DNA from: Patescibacteria group bacterium
GTDB lineage: Bacteria; Patescibacteriota; Minisyncoccia; UBA10092
Reading direction: 5' to 3'
Length of the DNA stretch: 38,618 nucleotides
Assembly (NCBI GenBank): GCA_043812515.1
Contig: JBDRMC010000001.1
Coordinates: 1 to 38,618 of the forward strand
Shown: positions 1 to 10,162 of the stretch, one piece after another
How positions within the stretch are numbered: position 1 is the first letter of the stretch
Layout: every line of letters begins with the position of its first letter
Translations under genes and position numbers: made by a program
Notes under the pieces: model-generated
What the model saw: the letters and a program-made list of their open reading frames with translations, nothing else
The model's database searches: none
What the model was told of the DNA's origin: nothing

Positions 1-847
1 AAATGTTTTGGGAGAATTGAATGGCACAGCTATGGACTTAATCTCACAAATGCGTCCAGTCAAATACGAATGGAATGATTTGCATAAACAACTCTACGGC
101 ACTTCCACGGATACGGTAATGTACGGATTCGTGGCTCAAGAATTAATGAGTGTAATTCCAGAAATGGTTAAACAAGGTGGCGATGGTTACTATTGGTACA
201 ACCCGTCTGGTTTTGAAGCGGTGCTGACAGCGGGGATGCAGGAATTGGGTATGAAGATAGCATCTCTTTCGGAGCAATTTCGTATCACGGATAGCAGTGG
301 AAGCGCCGGTTTTTCTGAAATTCGTGATATGGGAACACTACAAGGTAGTGATATGGGAAATTCGGTTTTCCAGTCTGTAATTTCAGTATTCTCAAATTTC
401 TTTGAGATTGTATTTGAGAAAGGATTGTTGAGAGTAGCGAGTGTGATCACGAATAAGCTAAGCGCGGTAGAGGTTGAAACCAAGAAACTGTGCGTGGGCG
501 AAACCTGTGTAACCGAACCGGAGTTGAAAAAATTGCTGGAAAAGAATAACATTACTCCTACGCCGACACCGCGAGAGACGCCTCAAGAAGTAATTTTAGA
601 AACACCCGCGCCGGAGCAGACTCCCGAACCGACGGCAACGCCTGAAATCGCGCCAGAAGGTACGCCTGCGGCACCTGAAACTCCGTCTGAAATTCCGCCA
701 GAGTCAGAGCAAGAGATAATTCCGGAAACACCGGAAACAAGTATCCCGCCGGAGCAGACTCCCGAACCGACGGCAACGCCTGAAATCGCGCCAGCGCCAG
801 TGAGCGCGCCTACGGAAATTCCGACGGAAGTAGTTCCGACAGAATAA
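1..847 (+). CDS. C-terminal part of a large tail-fibre/adhesin-like protein with a Peptidase_S74-type chaperone domain and Pro/Glu/Thr-rich tail (5' partial)
   Basis: Motifs AMDLISQMRPVKYEWN and YGFVAQELMSVIPEMV are typical of the S74 intramolecular chaperone; LCVGETCVTE segment; PET-rich C-terminus; frame open at the window edge. Confidence 0.75.
   Translation, partial: NVLGELNGTAMDLISQMRPVKYEWNDLHKQLYGTSTDTVMYGFVAQELMSVIPEMVKQGGDGYYWYNPSGFEAVLTAGMQELGMKIASLSEQFRITDSSGSAGFSEIRDMGTLQGSDMGNSVFQSVISVFSNFFEIVFEKGLLRVASVITNKLSAVEVETKKLCVGETCVTEPELKKLLEKNNITPTPTPRETPQEVILETPAPEQTPEPTATPEIAPEGTPAAPETPSEIPPESEQEIIPETPETSIPPEQTPEPTATPEIAPAPVSAPTEIPTEVVPTE
610..794 (+). repeat. 47-bp exact direct repeat (610-656 and 748-794) encoding PEQTPEPTATPEIAP
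   Basis: gccggagcagactcccgaaccgacggcaacgcctgaaatcgcgccag occurs twice. Confidence 0.95.
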
Positions 848-859
848 ATTATTAAAACA

Positions 860-2041
860 ATGTCAAATAATATTAATAATATTGTGGACAAAGAAAAAGA
901 AATAAGCAACATCGGCGAGGAGAGAATCGCCGAAACCTGCCCTTATTGCAATTCCAAAAATTTTGTAAAAAGAGGCAAGAGGAAAAAGAAACTGGAGACA
1001 GTCCAGCTTTATTTGTGCCGAAAGTGCGAAAAAACTTTTACGGCCCAGTTCAGCAAAGGCAAGCATTACCCCTTGAATCTTGTCATTGAGGGCATGAGCT
1101 ATTACAATCTGGGCTATAACTTGGAAGATTCTTGTCGCTTGCTGAATCAAAAGTTTGGAGTGAATCCGGGGGCTTCAACGCTGGGGGGATGGATAACGCA
1201 ATACTCCGGGCTTTGTCGGTATAGCAGATTGAGGCCTTACGCCATTAAATTATGCAAGCCAGAAAAAACGGTTGAGGTAACAACTATGGCGCACCGACAA
1301 ATTTACCGTTTTCGCTATCATCGGCCGAAAATGAGATTGACCATCGTTGAAATGTACAAGCATAAAAAGTTTGAGGCATTGAAAGATTATCTTGACGGCG
1401 TCTCTTCCGAGACCCCGCATCAGTATTTTCAAGACGGAATCAGGATTTCCGAAGTTAAAACAAAGTTTGACAAGTCGCAGATGATTGTGAGGAGCAAGAA
1501 GAATTACGCCAATATGCTGGCAAATTTTGTTCTGCAAGCGGTGAAGGATAACAAATCGCGACACGAAGCCATGCAAAGATTTATAATTGCCAACGATTCG
1601 GTTACGGTGGCAACCGAAGTGCCTGTTTACATCAGAAAAGAAGATATTGAGCATATGGAAAATCAGTTGAGTTTTAAGATTGTGGCCGAAGGCGGTTTAG
1701 AAATTAAAGGGAAAAAGCAAGTGGAATTTCCAAAATTGCTGACGGGACACATAGATATTCTGCAAGTCCGCAACGGACAAATCCATATTCTTGATTACAA
1801 ACCGAATGCGGCGAAAGAAAAACCGCTGGAACAACTGACTTGGTACGCCTTGGCTCTTTCGCGCCTGACCGGCTTGAGATTGTACGAATTCAAGTGCGCT
1901 TGGTTTGACGAAAAAGATTATTTTGAATTTTTTCCCTTGCATATGGTGAAAAAAATCGCTAATCGCAAAAAGAAAAGAGTCAGCTTAAAGGTCGGCAAAG
2001 TGGTGGAAATACCGGAAGAAGATGTATTTAAGGTGGTATGA
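860..2041 (+). CDS. IS1/InsA-like zinc-ribbon + putative HTH + C-terminal PD-(D/E)XK nuclease protein
   Basis: CPYC..KRG..QLYLCRKC..F N-terminus; ATEVPV...GHIDILQVRNGQIHILDYK...QL..Y RecB/Cas4-like nuclease motifs. Confidence 0.75.
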   Translation: MSNNINNIVDKEKEISNIGEERIAETCPYCNSKNFVKRGKRKKKLETVQLYLCRKCEKTFTAQFSKGKHYPLNLVIEGMSYYNLGYNLEDSCRLLNQKFGVNPGASTLGGWITQYSGLCRYSRLRPYAIKLCKPEKTVEVTTMAHRQIYRFRYHRPKMRLTIVEMYKHKKFEALKDYLDGVSSETPHQYFQDGIRISEVKTKFDKSQMIVRSKKNYANMLANFVLQAVKDNKSRHEAMQRFIIANDSVTVATEVPVYIRKEDIEHMENQLSFKIVAEGGLEIKGKKQVEFPKLLTGHIDILQVRNGQIHILDYKPNAAKEKPLEQLTWYALALSRLTGLRLYEFKCAWFDEKDYFEFFPLHMVKKIANRKKKRVSLKVGKVVEIPEEDVFKVV

Positions 2042-2045
2042 AAAT

Positions 2046-2459
2046 ATGAAAAATAATTATTCATACAAAAAACCGGTGAGAAGTTTCAGGGATTTGGAAG
2101 TTTATCAAAAGACACTGGAAGCGTCGGTTATTATCGTGAAAAATATCAAGCCAAGATTGGCGCGATTGAGGTTCCCTTTTACCGAAGGCATAGTAAACTG
2201 CGCTATGTCGGTGCCGCTTTGGATAAGCGAAGCGCACTCAATCCGCTTCGGCGACCATAAGCTTGGCTTGCGCCTGCTGGAGCAGGCAATGGCCGGATGC
2301 AACAAGATGATAGTTTATCTAGAACAAGCCAAGGGTATGTACGGCAGTAAACTGGAGCCGGATTTGATGGACGATTTAATAAGACGATACGCCGATGTGC
2401 GAGGCAAGATTTTCCGGCTTGAAAAGTCGTGGCAGAAATGGACAGAACCAAAATTTTAA
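2046..2459 (+). CDS. four helix bundle protein (23S rRNA IVP / Avd-like fold)
   Basis: SFRDLEVYQK and SVPLWISE motifs; ATG at 2046, 4 nt after the upstream stop. Confidence 0.8.
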   Translation: MKNNYSYKKPVRSFRDLEVYQKTLEASVIIVKNIKPRLARLRFPFTEGIVNCAMSVPLWISEAHSIRFGDHKLGLRLLEQAMAGCNKMIVYLEQAKGMYGSKLEPDLMDDLIRRYADVRGKIFRLEKSWQKWTEPKF

Positions 2460-2521
2460 TTTTTTTATCGCCAACATGTCGAGTTGGCAACGAATAATAA
2501 AATAATTTGCGGTAATTTATT

Positions 2522-5113
2522 ATGTGGAATATTTTTAAGAAAAAAAGGGGGAGTGTGTTTGGTAAGTTTGAGTATGTTAATTTTCAAGACCAGGTTGACC
2601 CGCAAGCGTCAACCGTGGAGGTTCAGAGAATTGAGCCCGTTGAGTTTCAAAACGATGAGCGGGTTGACGAAATTGAACCTCCGAAGAAAACTCGGTTGAG
2701 AAGCGGCGCGAAAGGATTGATTTTGGGGTTGATATTTTTAGTTCCGCTTTTCTTCTTGACCCTGACCGCTCCGGGAAATGTTTTGTTGCTCAACAAGCAA
2801 ATCCTGATTTACGGCGTGGCAATGGCTGGTTTGTTGATTTGGCTTGGGATAGTAATTCGACAAGAAGGTCTTGTTTTGCGCTTGAGCGGTATTGAACTTG
2901 GAGCGCTGGCGATGCTGGCTGCCGGTTTGGCGGCTTCTATATTTTCAACCAGCGCTTATCGCAGTTTTACTTCAAGCGATGGGTTTATCACTTTGGCAAG
3001 TTTTGTCGTTTTATTCTTTTTGACGGTCAATTTTTTTGACAAAAAGGACATTGGCAAATTGATTGCCACTTTCTTGTCCGGTTCTTCGCTGGCGATTCTG
3101 GCAGGCATATTAAGCATCTGGGAGATACCGGTGTTTAAATGGATTAGCTGGTTTTCCTTTGACGGACTGACGGTTAGCGCCGCCTTTAATACCGTCAGCT
3201 CGCCTAACGGTTTGGGCAGTCTGGCGGTTTTGGTTTTCGTTCTCGCCCTAAGTCAATATTTCTATCCGCAGGAAAAAACATCTGAAAATCCAAGTTCTGA
3301 CATCGGAAATTTTAAAAGTCGCGCTTCTAATATCTTGACTTTAGGCTCAATGATTGTTTCCGGCCTGCTTTTGCTGATTCTTGACTGGTGGGTTTTCTTC
3401 GCGGTTATTGCCGCGGGAATGCTTGCGGTGCTTTTGGGGCCGGGATTGGCGCAAAAATTCACCGGCAAGCGAATGAAGGTAAGTTCCGCCTATCTTGTTA
3501 CGCCGTTAATTATTCTTGTAATGTCGCTAATCTTTATCTTCAGTAATGTCTATTTCGGTTTTAAGATCTCAAGTCTTGTTTTAAGAAAAAACCTCCCCGT
3601 TGAAGCCGGCTTAACGCAGCGAGGTTCAACAAATATCGCCAAAGGGGTTGTTATTGCCAGTCCGGTCTTTGGCGTAGGCGCGGGCAGTTTTGGAATCGCT
3701 TACGATAAATTCAGACCGTCTTCAATCAACCAAACGGCTTTTTGGAATACCCGATTTTCCAACAGCGCTTCGGAATTTTTTGACAGATTGATTGAGGGAG
3801 GCATATTAGCTTTGGCCTCGTTCATTTTCCTCCTAGTTTTGGCTTTCCGCAAACTCAAGGAATGGAAGGTCGCGCCCGCTTTTGTGACGGCGGTAGTTTT
3901 GTTTTTCCTTTACCCATTCAATTTGGTTTTGATGTTTGCTTTTTGGATGCTTATCGGGTTAATCGCGATTAGCGCCAAAGATGACGGCCAAAAAGTAAAA
4001 ATACGGATGGAAGACGCCTCTCTGTCTTCAATTTTGTCTTCCTTGGTATTCGTCCTCGTAATGGCATTCGGTCTAATCGGTGGCTATATGCTTTTCCAGA
4101 AATACCGCGGAGAGATTTATCTCGCCCACGCCGCCAGAGTTACTATCAATACCGAGGCTGATTTGGATAAAGCCATTTCTCTAATGAGCAAAGCGGTCAA
4201 CGCCAATAATAGCGAAGGTCTGTACTTAAGCAATCTTGCCAATTTGATTTTGAGCAAGATTAATTTTGCCATTAATGACGAAGGATCCGAGCCCGAAGAG
4301 ATTACGGCAAAATTGGAAAATTTAACCAGAACAGCCATTCAAATTGCCAATCAACTAACCAATAGCCACCAAGACGACGCCTCAAGCTGGTTTAGCGCCG
4401 CTTTCATTTACCAGAACTTAATCGGACTTGTCGGTGGAGCCGATGAAGCCGCCCTTTCCGCTTATGACGAATATTCCAAAAGAGCAAAAAATGACCCGCG
4501 GGGGCATGAAAGAAGAGGTGGAATCTACCTAAACAGAGCGGATAGCAATAGCATTGCCCAGCAAAACGCCAAAAGCAAGAATCAAAAAATTGAAAATGAA
4601 GAAGATGTTAAGACATTCATAGCCAACGATTATAAAAAAGCGGAGGAAAGTTACAAAAAAGCGATTGAGCTTAAGGAAGATTTGGCGACCGCTTTGTACA
4701 ATCTGGGCACGGTATACGAAAGAGAGGGCCAACTAAAAGAAGCAATGAAGCAGCTGGAACTGACTAAGTTACTAGAATAAAGTAATCCGGGGCTGGCTTT
4801 TGAACTTGGCTTGCTCTATTATCGTGACAGTCAAAAAGAAAAAGCATTGACTGAAATGGCGCGCGCCGTCGGTCTGTTCAAGGACTACTCCAACGCAAGA
4901 TGGTATTTAGCTCTAATGCTTGAAGAAAGAGGAGAGATTGATATGGCAATCGCGCAATTGGGAGAGATTCTGAAACTGGAAGCCAATAAGGACAATGAAA
5001 CAGTAAGAGAAAAGATGGCATCTTTAGAAGCCGGTAAGAGAGAAATTCCTCCGGCTACGGTTACGAGCAAAAAACCCTTGGAGACGGAAGGATCTCAAGT
5101 CAAACATGATTAA
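2522..5113 (+). pseudogene. O-antigen ligase (Wzy_C)-like membrane protein with C-terminal TPR repeats, interrupted by an in-frame TAA at 4778-4780 (nonsense mutation or sequencing error)
   Basis: Many TM helices; FGVGAGSF motif; TPR motifs (ALYNLGTVY); after the stop the same frame reads SNPGLAFELGLLYY into ORF 4811..5113. Confidence 0.75.
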
Positions 5114-6050
5114 AAAGGTTTTACCCATAACTGCTTTGCTGTCTTTCGTTGTTGTCCTTATTATTCTTGTTTATTCGCCCTTGACTGGGTCTGACAACAC
5201 ATTAAGAGAGTTTGTAATTCAGAAAGGCGACGGGTCCGCTAAGGTAGCGCGTCTTTTATCCGAACAAAGACTTGTCAAGAATCGCTACCTTTTTATCGGC
5301 TACACTCTATTGATTGGCAAGGAAAAAAGTTTTCGGGCGGGACGATATTTGATTTCACCCGCGATGAGTATTCCGAAAATTGTCGGTATCTTCACCCGAG
5401 GCAAAGCGGAACCGGAAGGAGTTTTAATCACAATTCCTGAAGGCCTAAATGCTTGGGAAATTGTCAAGCTCTTGGAGAGTGACGGCAAATTCAAAGAATT
5501 AAATACTTCTGAATTTTTGGATAACGAGGGTTATCTTTTTCCTGATACTTATTTTTTTGGCGATCAAGAGGTAAACGACAAGGAGCAAACGAAAGAGATA
5601 ATTGGAAAGATGAAGGAAAATTTTGAAAGCAAGTTGAAAGATTTGGAGTCGGAAATTATTATCATTGCCTCTATGCTGGAAAAAGAAGTTCAGGCAGAAA
5701 AAGATATGCGCCTTGTCGCCGGCATTATTTACAAACGGCTGGAGCTGGATATGCCCCTGCAACTTGACGCGACGGTTGCTTACGGCGCTTGTTTGAAAAT
5801 CTCAAAATGCGATGTTTCGCGGATAAATTTGGCGGAAAGTATTAAGATTGACTCGCCCTACAATACTTATGCCAGAAAGGGTCTGCCGGTCGGCCCGATT
5901 TCAAATCCGGGACTGAAGGCGATTGAAGCGGCTCTCAACCCAGAAGTAAGCGACTACCTGTATTATCTCTCGGCAAGCGACGATAACAGGACAATTTTCA
6001 GCAAAACCGCCGAAGAACATTCGCGTAACCGCGCAAAATATTTGAAGTAA
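5106..6050 (+). CDS. mltG: endolytic transglycosylase MltG (copy 1)
   Basis: ITIPEG, EGYLFPDTY, ASMLEKE, LQLDATV, SPYNTY..GLPVGPISNPG. Confidence 0.95.
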   Translation: MIKKVLPITALLSFVVVLIILVYSPLTGSDNTLREFVIQKGDGSAKVARLLSEQRLVKNRYLFIGYTLLIGKEKSFRAGRYLISPAMSIPKIVGIFTRGKAEPEGVLITIPEGLNAWEIVKLLESDGKFKELNTSEFLDNEGYLFPDTYFFGDQEVNDKEQTKEIIGKMKENFESKLKDLESEIIIIASMLEKEVQAEKDMRLVAGIIYKRLELDMPLQLDATVAYGACLKISKCDVSRINLAESIKIDSPYNTYARKGLPVGPISNPGLKAIEAALNPEVSDYLYYLSASDDNRTIFSKTAEEHSRNRAKYLK

Positions 6051-6101
6051 AGTTGAGCCAAAATGATTGGCAAAAATCAGGTTTATTGTTACTGTAACGA
6101 T

Positions 6102-6392
6102 ATGATTGCTAAAAAAGAAATTAAACGAATTGCCGACTTGGCAAGAATAAACATCGCCGACAAAGAGCAAGAGGGATTACAAAAAGACATCTCCAAGATT
6201 TTGGATTATGTAGATAAATTAAAAGAACTCAATGTGAAAAACATTGAGCCGACTACAAACGCCGGTAAAGCAATGAATGCTTTCCGTTCGGATGATCCTA
6301 GCGGCGAATATGGAGCGGAAACGGTAGCGAAGATTTTAGGGCAAGCGCCGGACAAAAAGGGGGAGTTCGTCAAGGTAAAGAGGGTTATATAA
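6102..6392 (+). CDS. gatC: Asp/Glu-tRNA amidotransferase subunit C (copy 1)
   Basis: [10 protein letters not shown]...[11 protein letters not shown]...VKVKRVI; directly upstream of gatA; start placed at ATG 6102. Confidence 0.93.
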   Translation: MIAKKEIKRIADLARINIADKEQEGLQKDISKILDYVDKLKELNVKNIEPTTNAGKAMNAFRSDDPSGEYGAETVAKILGQAPDKKGEFVKVKRVI

Positions 6393-6429
6393 TTTGCAAC
6401 TTGAAGAAATTTCGATTCCCCCGCAAGTT

Positions 6430-6441
6430 ATATGTTATAAG
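6430..6441 (+). promoter_or_regulatory. putative extended -10 element (TGnTATAAG) 4 nt before gatA; identical 12-mer at 7841-7852 before the next gene
   Basis: atatgttataag precedes ATG 6446 and ATG 7857 at the same distance. Confidence 0.45.
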
Positions 6442-6445
6442 ATTT

Positions 6446-7834
6446 ATGGATATTAAGAAGCTGACAATAAGAGATGTTCAAAAAGGCATAAAAGAGAAAG
6501 ATTTCTCTGCCGAAGAATTGCAGGGTCAGTTTTTGGATTTAATCAAAAAAGAAAATCCCGACCTCAACGCCTATTTAACAATTTTTGATAAAGAAAAATT
6601 GCATCCGGCTACCACCAAGACAGAAGTCGCGAGTTCTGTGCTGTGTGGAGCGCCTTTGGCCGTTAAGGATAACATTTGCATTAAAGATACGGTTACCACC
6701 GCCGGCTCTAAAATCTTGGAAAATCATAAAGCGGTGTATGACGCTACGGTTATCAGCAAGCTCAAAACCGCCGGCGCGGTGTTTTTGGGAAAGACCAATA
6801 TGGATGAATTCGCCATGGGTTCTTCCACTGAAAATTCCGCTTTCGGCGTTACTAAAAATCCGCGTAATCACAGTCGGGTGCCGGGCGGTTCAAGCGGTGG
6901 CTCGGCGGCGGCTGTAGCAGCCGGCTTGGCGGTAGCGGCTTTGGGCTCCGATACCGGCGGCTCAATTCGCCAGCCGGCATCTTTTTGCGGCGTAGTGGGA
7001 CTTAAGCCGACTTACGGAAGGGTCTCCCGCCACGGCCTGATCGCAATGGCTTCAAGTTTGGACCAAATCGGACCCATAACCAAGAATGTTTACGATTCCG
7101 CATTGCTAATGAATATTATCAGCGGAACGGATAAAATGGATTCAACCGCCAGCAGTCAATCAGTGGTTGATTTTACAAAAAATCTTGGGCAAACAATCAA
7201 GGGACTTAAAATAGCTATACCGAAAGAATTCCCCAGCGAAAGTATTAAAAAAGCCCTTTCCAAATTAGAAGCGTTGGGAGCGCGCGTTGACCAGGTAAGT
7301 TTGCCGCACACCAAATACGCTCTGGCAACTTATTATTTAATTATGCCTTCCGAGGCGTCTTCAAACCTCGCCCGTTACGACGGAATTCATTATGGATTAT
7401 CCAAGAACGGCGACAACCTTTTGGACGCTTATTTAAAAAGCCGAACAAAAGGTTTCGGCGATGAAGTTCGACGCAGAATAATTTTAGGTACTTTCGCTTT
7501 GTCGTCGGGATATCATGATGAATATTATTTGAGAGCCCAAAAAGTCAGGACTTTAATCAGGCAAGATTTTGAAAAAGTGTTTGAGAAATTTGACGCGATA
7601 GTCGGACCGACTACTCCCACCACGGCATTCAAAATCGGAGAGAAAGAGGATCCATTGTCAATGTATTTGTCGGATATCTACACCGTATCGGTGAATTTGG
7701 CCGGCCTGCCGGCGATTTCAATACCCTGCGGAAAAATAGACGGACTTCCAATCGGTCTTCAGATTATCGGCAAGTCCTTTGACGAAGAAACGGTTTTGAG
7801 AGTTGGCCATCAGTACGAAAGCAGCGTCTTATAA
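6446..7834 (+). CDS. gatA: Asp/Glu-tRNA amidotransferase subunit A (copy 1)
   Basis: Amidase signature [38 protein letters not shown]; SNLARYDG; start placed at ATG 6446. Confidence 0.97.
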   Translation: MDIKKLTIRDVQKGIKEKDFSAEELQGQFLDLIKKENPDLNAYLTIFDKEKLHPATTKTEVASSVLCGAPLAVKDNICIKDTVTTAGSKILENHKAVYDATVISKLKTAGAVFLGKTNMDEFAMGSSTENSAFGVTKNPRNHSRVPGGSSGGSAAAVAAGLAVAALGSDTGGSIRQPASFCGVVGLKPTYGRVSRHGLIAMASSLDQIGPITKNVYDSALLMNIISGTDKMDSTASSQSVVDFTKNLGQTIKGLKIAIPKEFPSESIKKALSKLEALGARVDQVSLPHTKYALATYYLIMPSEASSNLARYDGIHYGLSKNGDNLLDAYLKSRTKGFGDEVRRRIILGTFALSSGYHDEYYLRAQKVRTLIRQDFEKVFEKFDAIVGPTTPTTAFKIGEKEDPLSMYLSDIYTVSVNLAGLPAISIPCGKIDGLPIGLQIIGKSFDEETVLRVGHQYESSVL

Positions 7835-7856
7835 CAAAAAATATGTTATAAGTTAT

Positions 7857-8390
7857 ATGTCCCCTATGGCTCTTAATTTAAATAATTTAGAAAAGGCGGC
7901 AAGAGATTTTGACTTCAGTTCAATTATGGAAATTCTAAAAATAATCGGAATCAGCTTGTCTGTTATTTTTGGCATTCTTTTTGCTTGGACTGTCGCTAAG
8001 ATGAGAAGAAAGTTGGGCGCCAAAGTGGTTGAATTGAAAACCGAAGCAAATCCGCCAACGCCCGGCGAAAGCAAGTATGACGCCAAGTGGAAGGAGATTG
8101 CGGAGCATTTGCAATCAGTTCGCGAAACCGAATGGAAGTTCGCGGTGATAGAGGCGGATAATATCGTTGAAGAAATTTTAACCGGAGCCGGTTACCCCGG
8201 CGATACTCTGGGTGAAAAATTAAAACAGATAGACAAGAATCAACTAGCATCTATAAATGACATCTGGGAAGCTCATAAATTGAGAAATGTTATCGTCCAT
8301 AACCCTGATTATCAGGTTAGATACAATGACGCGCGCGTAGCCATTAGCCAATACGGGAAAGCGCTCCACGAACTAGGAGTGCTGGGCTAA
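7857..8390 (+). CDS. conserved CPR single-TM hypothetical protein (copy 1)
   Basis: One TM helix; AVIEAD..G.TLGEKLK..IWEAHKLRN.IVH motif shared with 19904..20425. Confidence 0.8.
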   Translation: MSPMALNLNNLEKAARDFDFSSIMEILKIIGISLSVIFGILFAWTVAKMRRKLGAKVVELKTEANPPTPGESKYDAKWKEIAEHLQSVRETEWKFAVIEADNIVEEILTGAGYPGDTLGEKLKQIDKNQLASINDIWEAHKLRNVIVHNPDYQVRYNDARVAISQYGKALHELGVLG

Positions 8391-8456
8391 AAATTTTATC
8401 AACTTTTAATTTTATTGTACCTATAATATAGTCATTTTGCATTAATCTTTGGTTCA

Positions 8457-9109
8457 ATGGCGAAATCATTATTAAGATTAAAAGCAATAAAATTACGGAC
8501 ACGAGGAAAAAGTATTGGGACGATAGTACCGTTAGTTTATGGTGCGGAGATATTGAGTTAACCAAGGATCTGACTATCAGATTATTAGCCAATAAGATGC
8601 TCGGATTGCGTCTTGGGCAATTAAAAGGCGCTGTGGTTCAAAAACAAAAACGATTAGACAAGATTGCCAAATACGAGAAAGAGGGCATAGAAAGATTTAG
8701 AAATATGTCAGAAGATGCATTTTTTATCGCAGGGGTAGCTTTGTATTTAGCTGAAGGAACAAAGAAAAGCGGCAGAGTAGAACTTGTTAATCCCGATTAT
8801 AAAACCTTAAAATTTTTTATTAATTGGCTCGCTAAATTTTTCCAAATAAAAAAAGAGCGACTAGCTCTCTATTTAACCATTAATGCGGTCCATAGGAATA
8901 GAGAGTTGGTAGTCAAAAAATTTTGGGCAAAATGTTTTAGTACTTCTCTTTCTCGGTTTAGAAAAACTTTTTTTGTTGAAACAAAACAAAAAAAGATCTA
9001 CGCAAATCATAATAACTACTACGGCACCTTAGCTGTTAGTGTATTGAAAAGTAGAGATTTATTATATAAAATCAATGAGTTAATAGTGGGGCCATTGCAT
9101 TCTATATAA
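8457..9109 (+). pseudogene. HTH + LAGLIDADG-like protein, frameshifted near 8524
   Basis: ATG 8457 frame reads MAKSLLRLKAIKLRTRGKSIGT; another frame continues STVSLWCGDIELT into ORF 8597..9109 carrying IAGVALYLAEGTK. Confidence 0.65.
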
Positions 9110-9113
9110 TAAA

Positions 9114-9186
9114 GCCGGCGTAGCTCAGTGGTTAGAGCGGACGTTTCATAAGCGTTAGGTCGGAGGTTCAATTCCTCCCATCGGCA
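9114..9186 (+). tRNA. tRNA with CAT anticodon (elongator Met; Ile2 not excluded)
   Basis: Cloverleaf: GCCGGCG acceptor, TAGCTCAGTGGTTAGAGC D arm, GACGT-TTCATAA-GCGTT anticodon arm, GGAGG-TTCAATT-CCTCC T arm; no initiator hallmarks; CCA not encoded. Confidence 0.92.
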
Positions 9187-9190
9187 CAGT

Positions 9191-9265
9191 GCAGTGGTAG
9201 CTTAGCTGGCCTAAAGCGCCTCCCTGTCACGGAGGAGACCGTGGGTTCGAATCCCATCCACTGCG
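9191..9265 (+). tRNA. tRNA-Asp(GTC)
   Basis: GCAGTGG/CCACTGC acceptor, CCTCC-CTGTCAC-GGAGG anticodon arm, GTGGG-TTCGAAT-CCCAT T arm, G discriminator. Confidence 0.95.
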
Positions 9266-9451
9266 CAATTGCCAACTAAAATACGCCCTTGTGGCGTTTT
9301 TTAGTTGGCACTTCGTGATGAGGGATTCGAAGGGTATTGTAAAAAAGTGAACTGCTTCACTTTTTTACAAACCCCGGCTGCGGGGGAAATTCGAGCGGGA
9401 ACCGCTTGCGGTCGCGAGAATTGGAGGAGCAGGAATCCCATCCACTGCGCA
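9249..9451. mobile_element. short non-coding element flanked by a 19-bp direct repeat of the tRNA-Asp 3' end
   Basis: gaatcccatccactgcgca at 9249-9267 and 9433-9451; internal inverted T-loop copy gggattcgaa 9322-9331; 15-bp-stem hairpin 9337-9370. Confidence 0.65.
9270..9310. terminator. hairpin, probable bidirectional intrinsic terminator after the tRNAs
   Basis: tgccaactaaaa-t-acgcc-cttgt-ggcgt-t-ttttagttggca. Confidence 0.7.
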
Positions 9452-9595
9452 CTTCGACAAGCTCAGTGTAAACAGTCAACATTTCTTTCTGAAAGCCATT
9501 AAAGAACGCTTAGCCGAACTAAATGGTTAGGCCGCGACTTTGCCGAAGAATAAGATTTAATCCAGATGTAACTTATTTTAAACCTCAAGTAAAAT

Positions 9596-10045
9596 TTACT
9601 CTTTTGTTTTTTTAAATGTGACGGCATGAATTTCTTCCGTCAATATATTATTGACTTTAACTAATCGGTGGATTTCATCCTGAAGTTTTAAAATTGCCTC
9701 TGCATCTTTATATGTTTGCTCCGCTTGTTTATCGGAAGCTCGACTCAAAACTTGCTGACCCACTGCTAAAATTGGCAGTGCAAATAATTGGACTAAATTG
9801 CTCAAAAACAATAAGAAGATGAATGGATATTGGTCTTCTCGGAACAACCAAAATCCTGCCGTAGCAAGAATCATCCAACCGAACATCCATATTACGAGGA
9901 CATAAAAAGCCCCCATTGTGCCGAACTTTTTGGTAATAAATACCGCTGAGCGGCCATTGAGTCCTAGGTGCTCATCTTTTGTGAGATGAGGTTTCTCTTT
10001 TGCCCTTTCTTCAATCCGAGGATGTGGTGTGTGTATATTTACCAT
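9596..10045 (-). CDS. DUF1003-like membrane protein
   Basis: Two TM helices; DQYPFIFL..LSN.VQL.ALPIL.VGQ pattern then coiled tail. Confidence 0.8.
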   Translation of the reverse strand: MVNIHTPHPRIEERAKEKPHLTKDEHLGLNGRSAVFITKKFGTMGAFYVLVIWMFGWMILATAGFWLFREDQYPFIFLLFLSNLVQLFALPILAVGQQVLSRASDKQAEQTYKDAEAILKLQDEIHRLVKVNNILTEEIHAVTFKKTKE

Positions 10046-10162
10046 TTATATATTATTTCCGCTACTTGAATTGATTATAACAAAATCCATAAAAATAGTA
10101 AGTAGCAGAATAAAGTAATCTACTGAGTTAATTATAAAAATTGTTTTTTCCATAAACTTATT

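Noticed and set aside
860-2041. IS1-family transposase or Cas4
   Set aside because: No DDE domain, inverted repeats or target duplication found; no Cas4-type C-terminal Cys cluster
2046-2459. Diversity-generating retroelement
   Set aside because: Avd-like fold only; no reverse transcriptase and no TR/VR pair with adenine-specific mismatches seen; the 47-bp repeat upstream is exact
4778-4780. Alternative genetic code or stop recoding
   Set aside because: TAA, TAG and TGA all terminate clear genes in this window
9305-9502. 65-aa ORF after the tRNAs
   Set aside because: Spans hairpins and the tRNA repeat; no protein-like features
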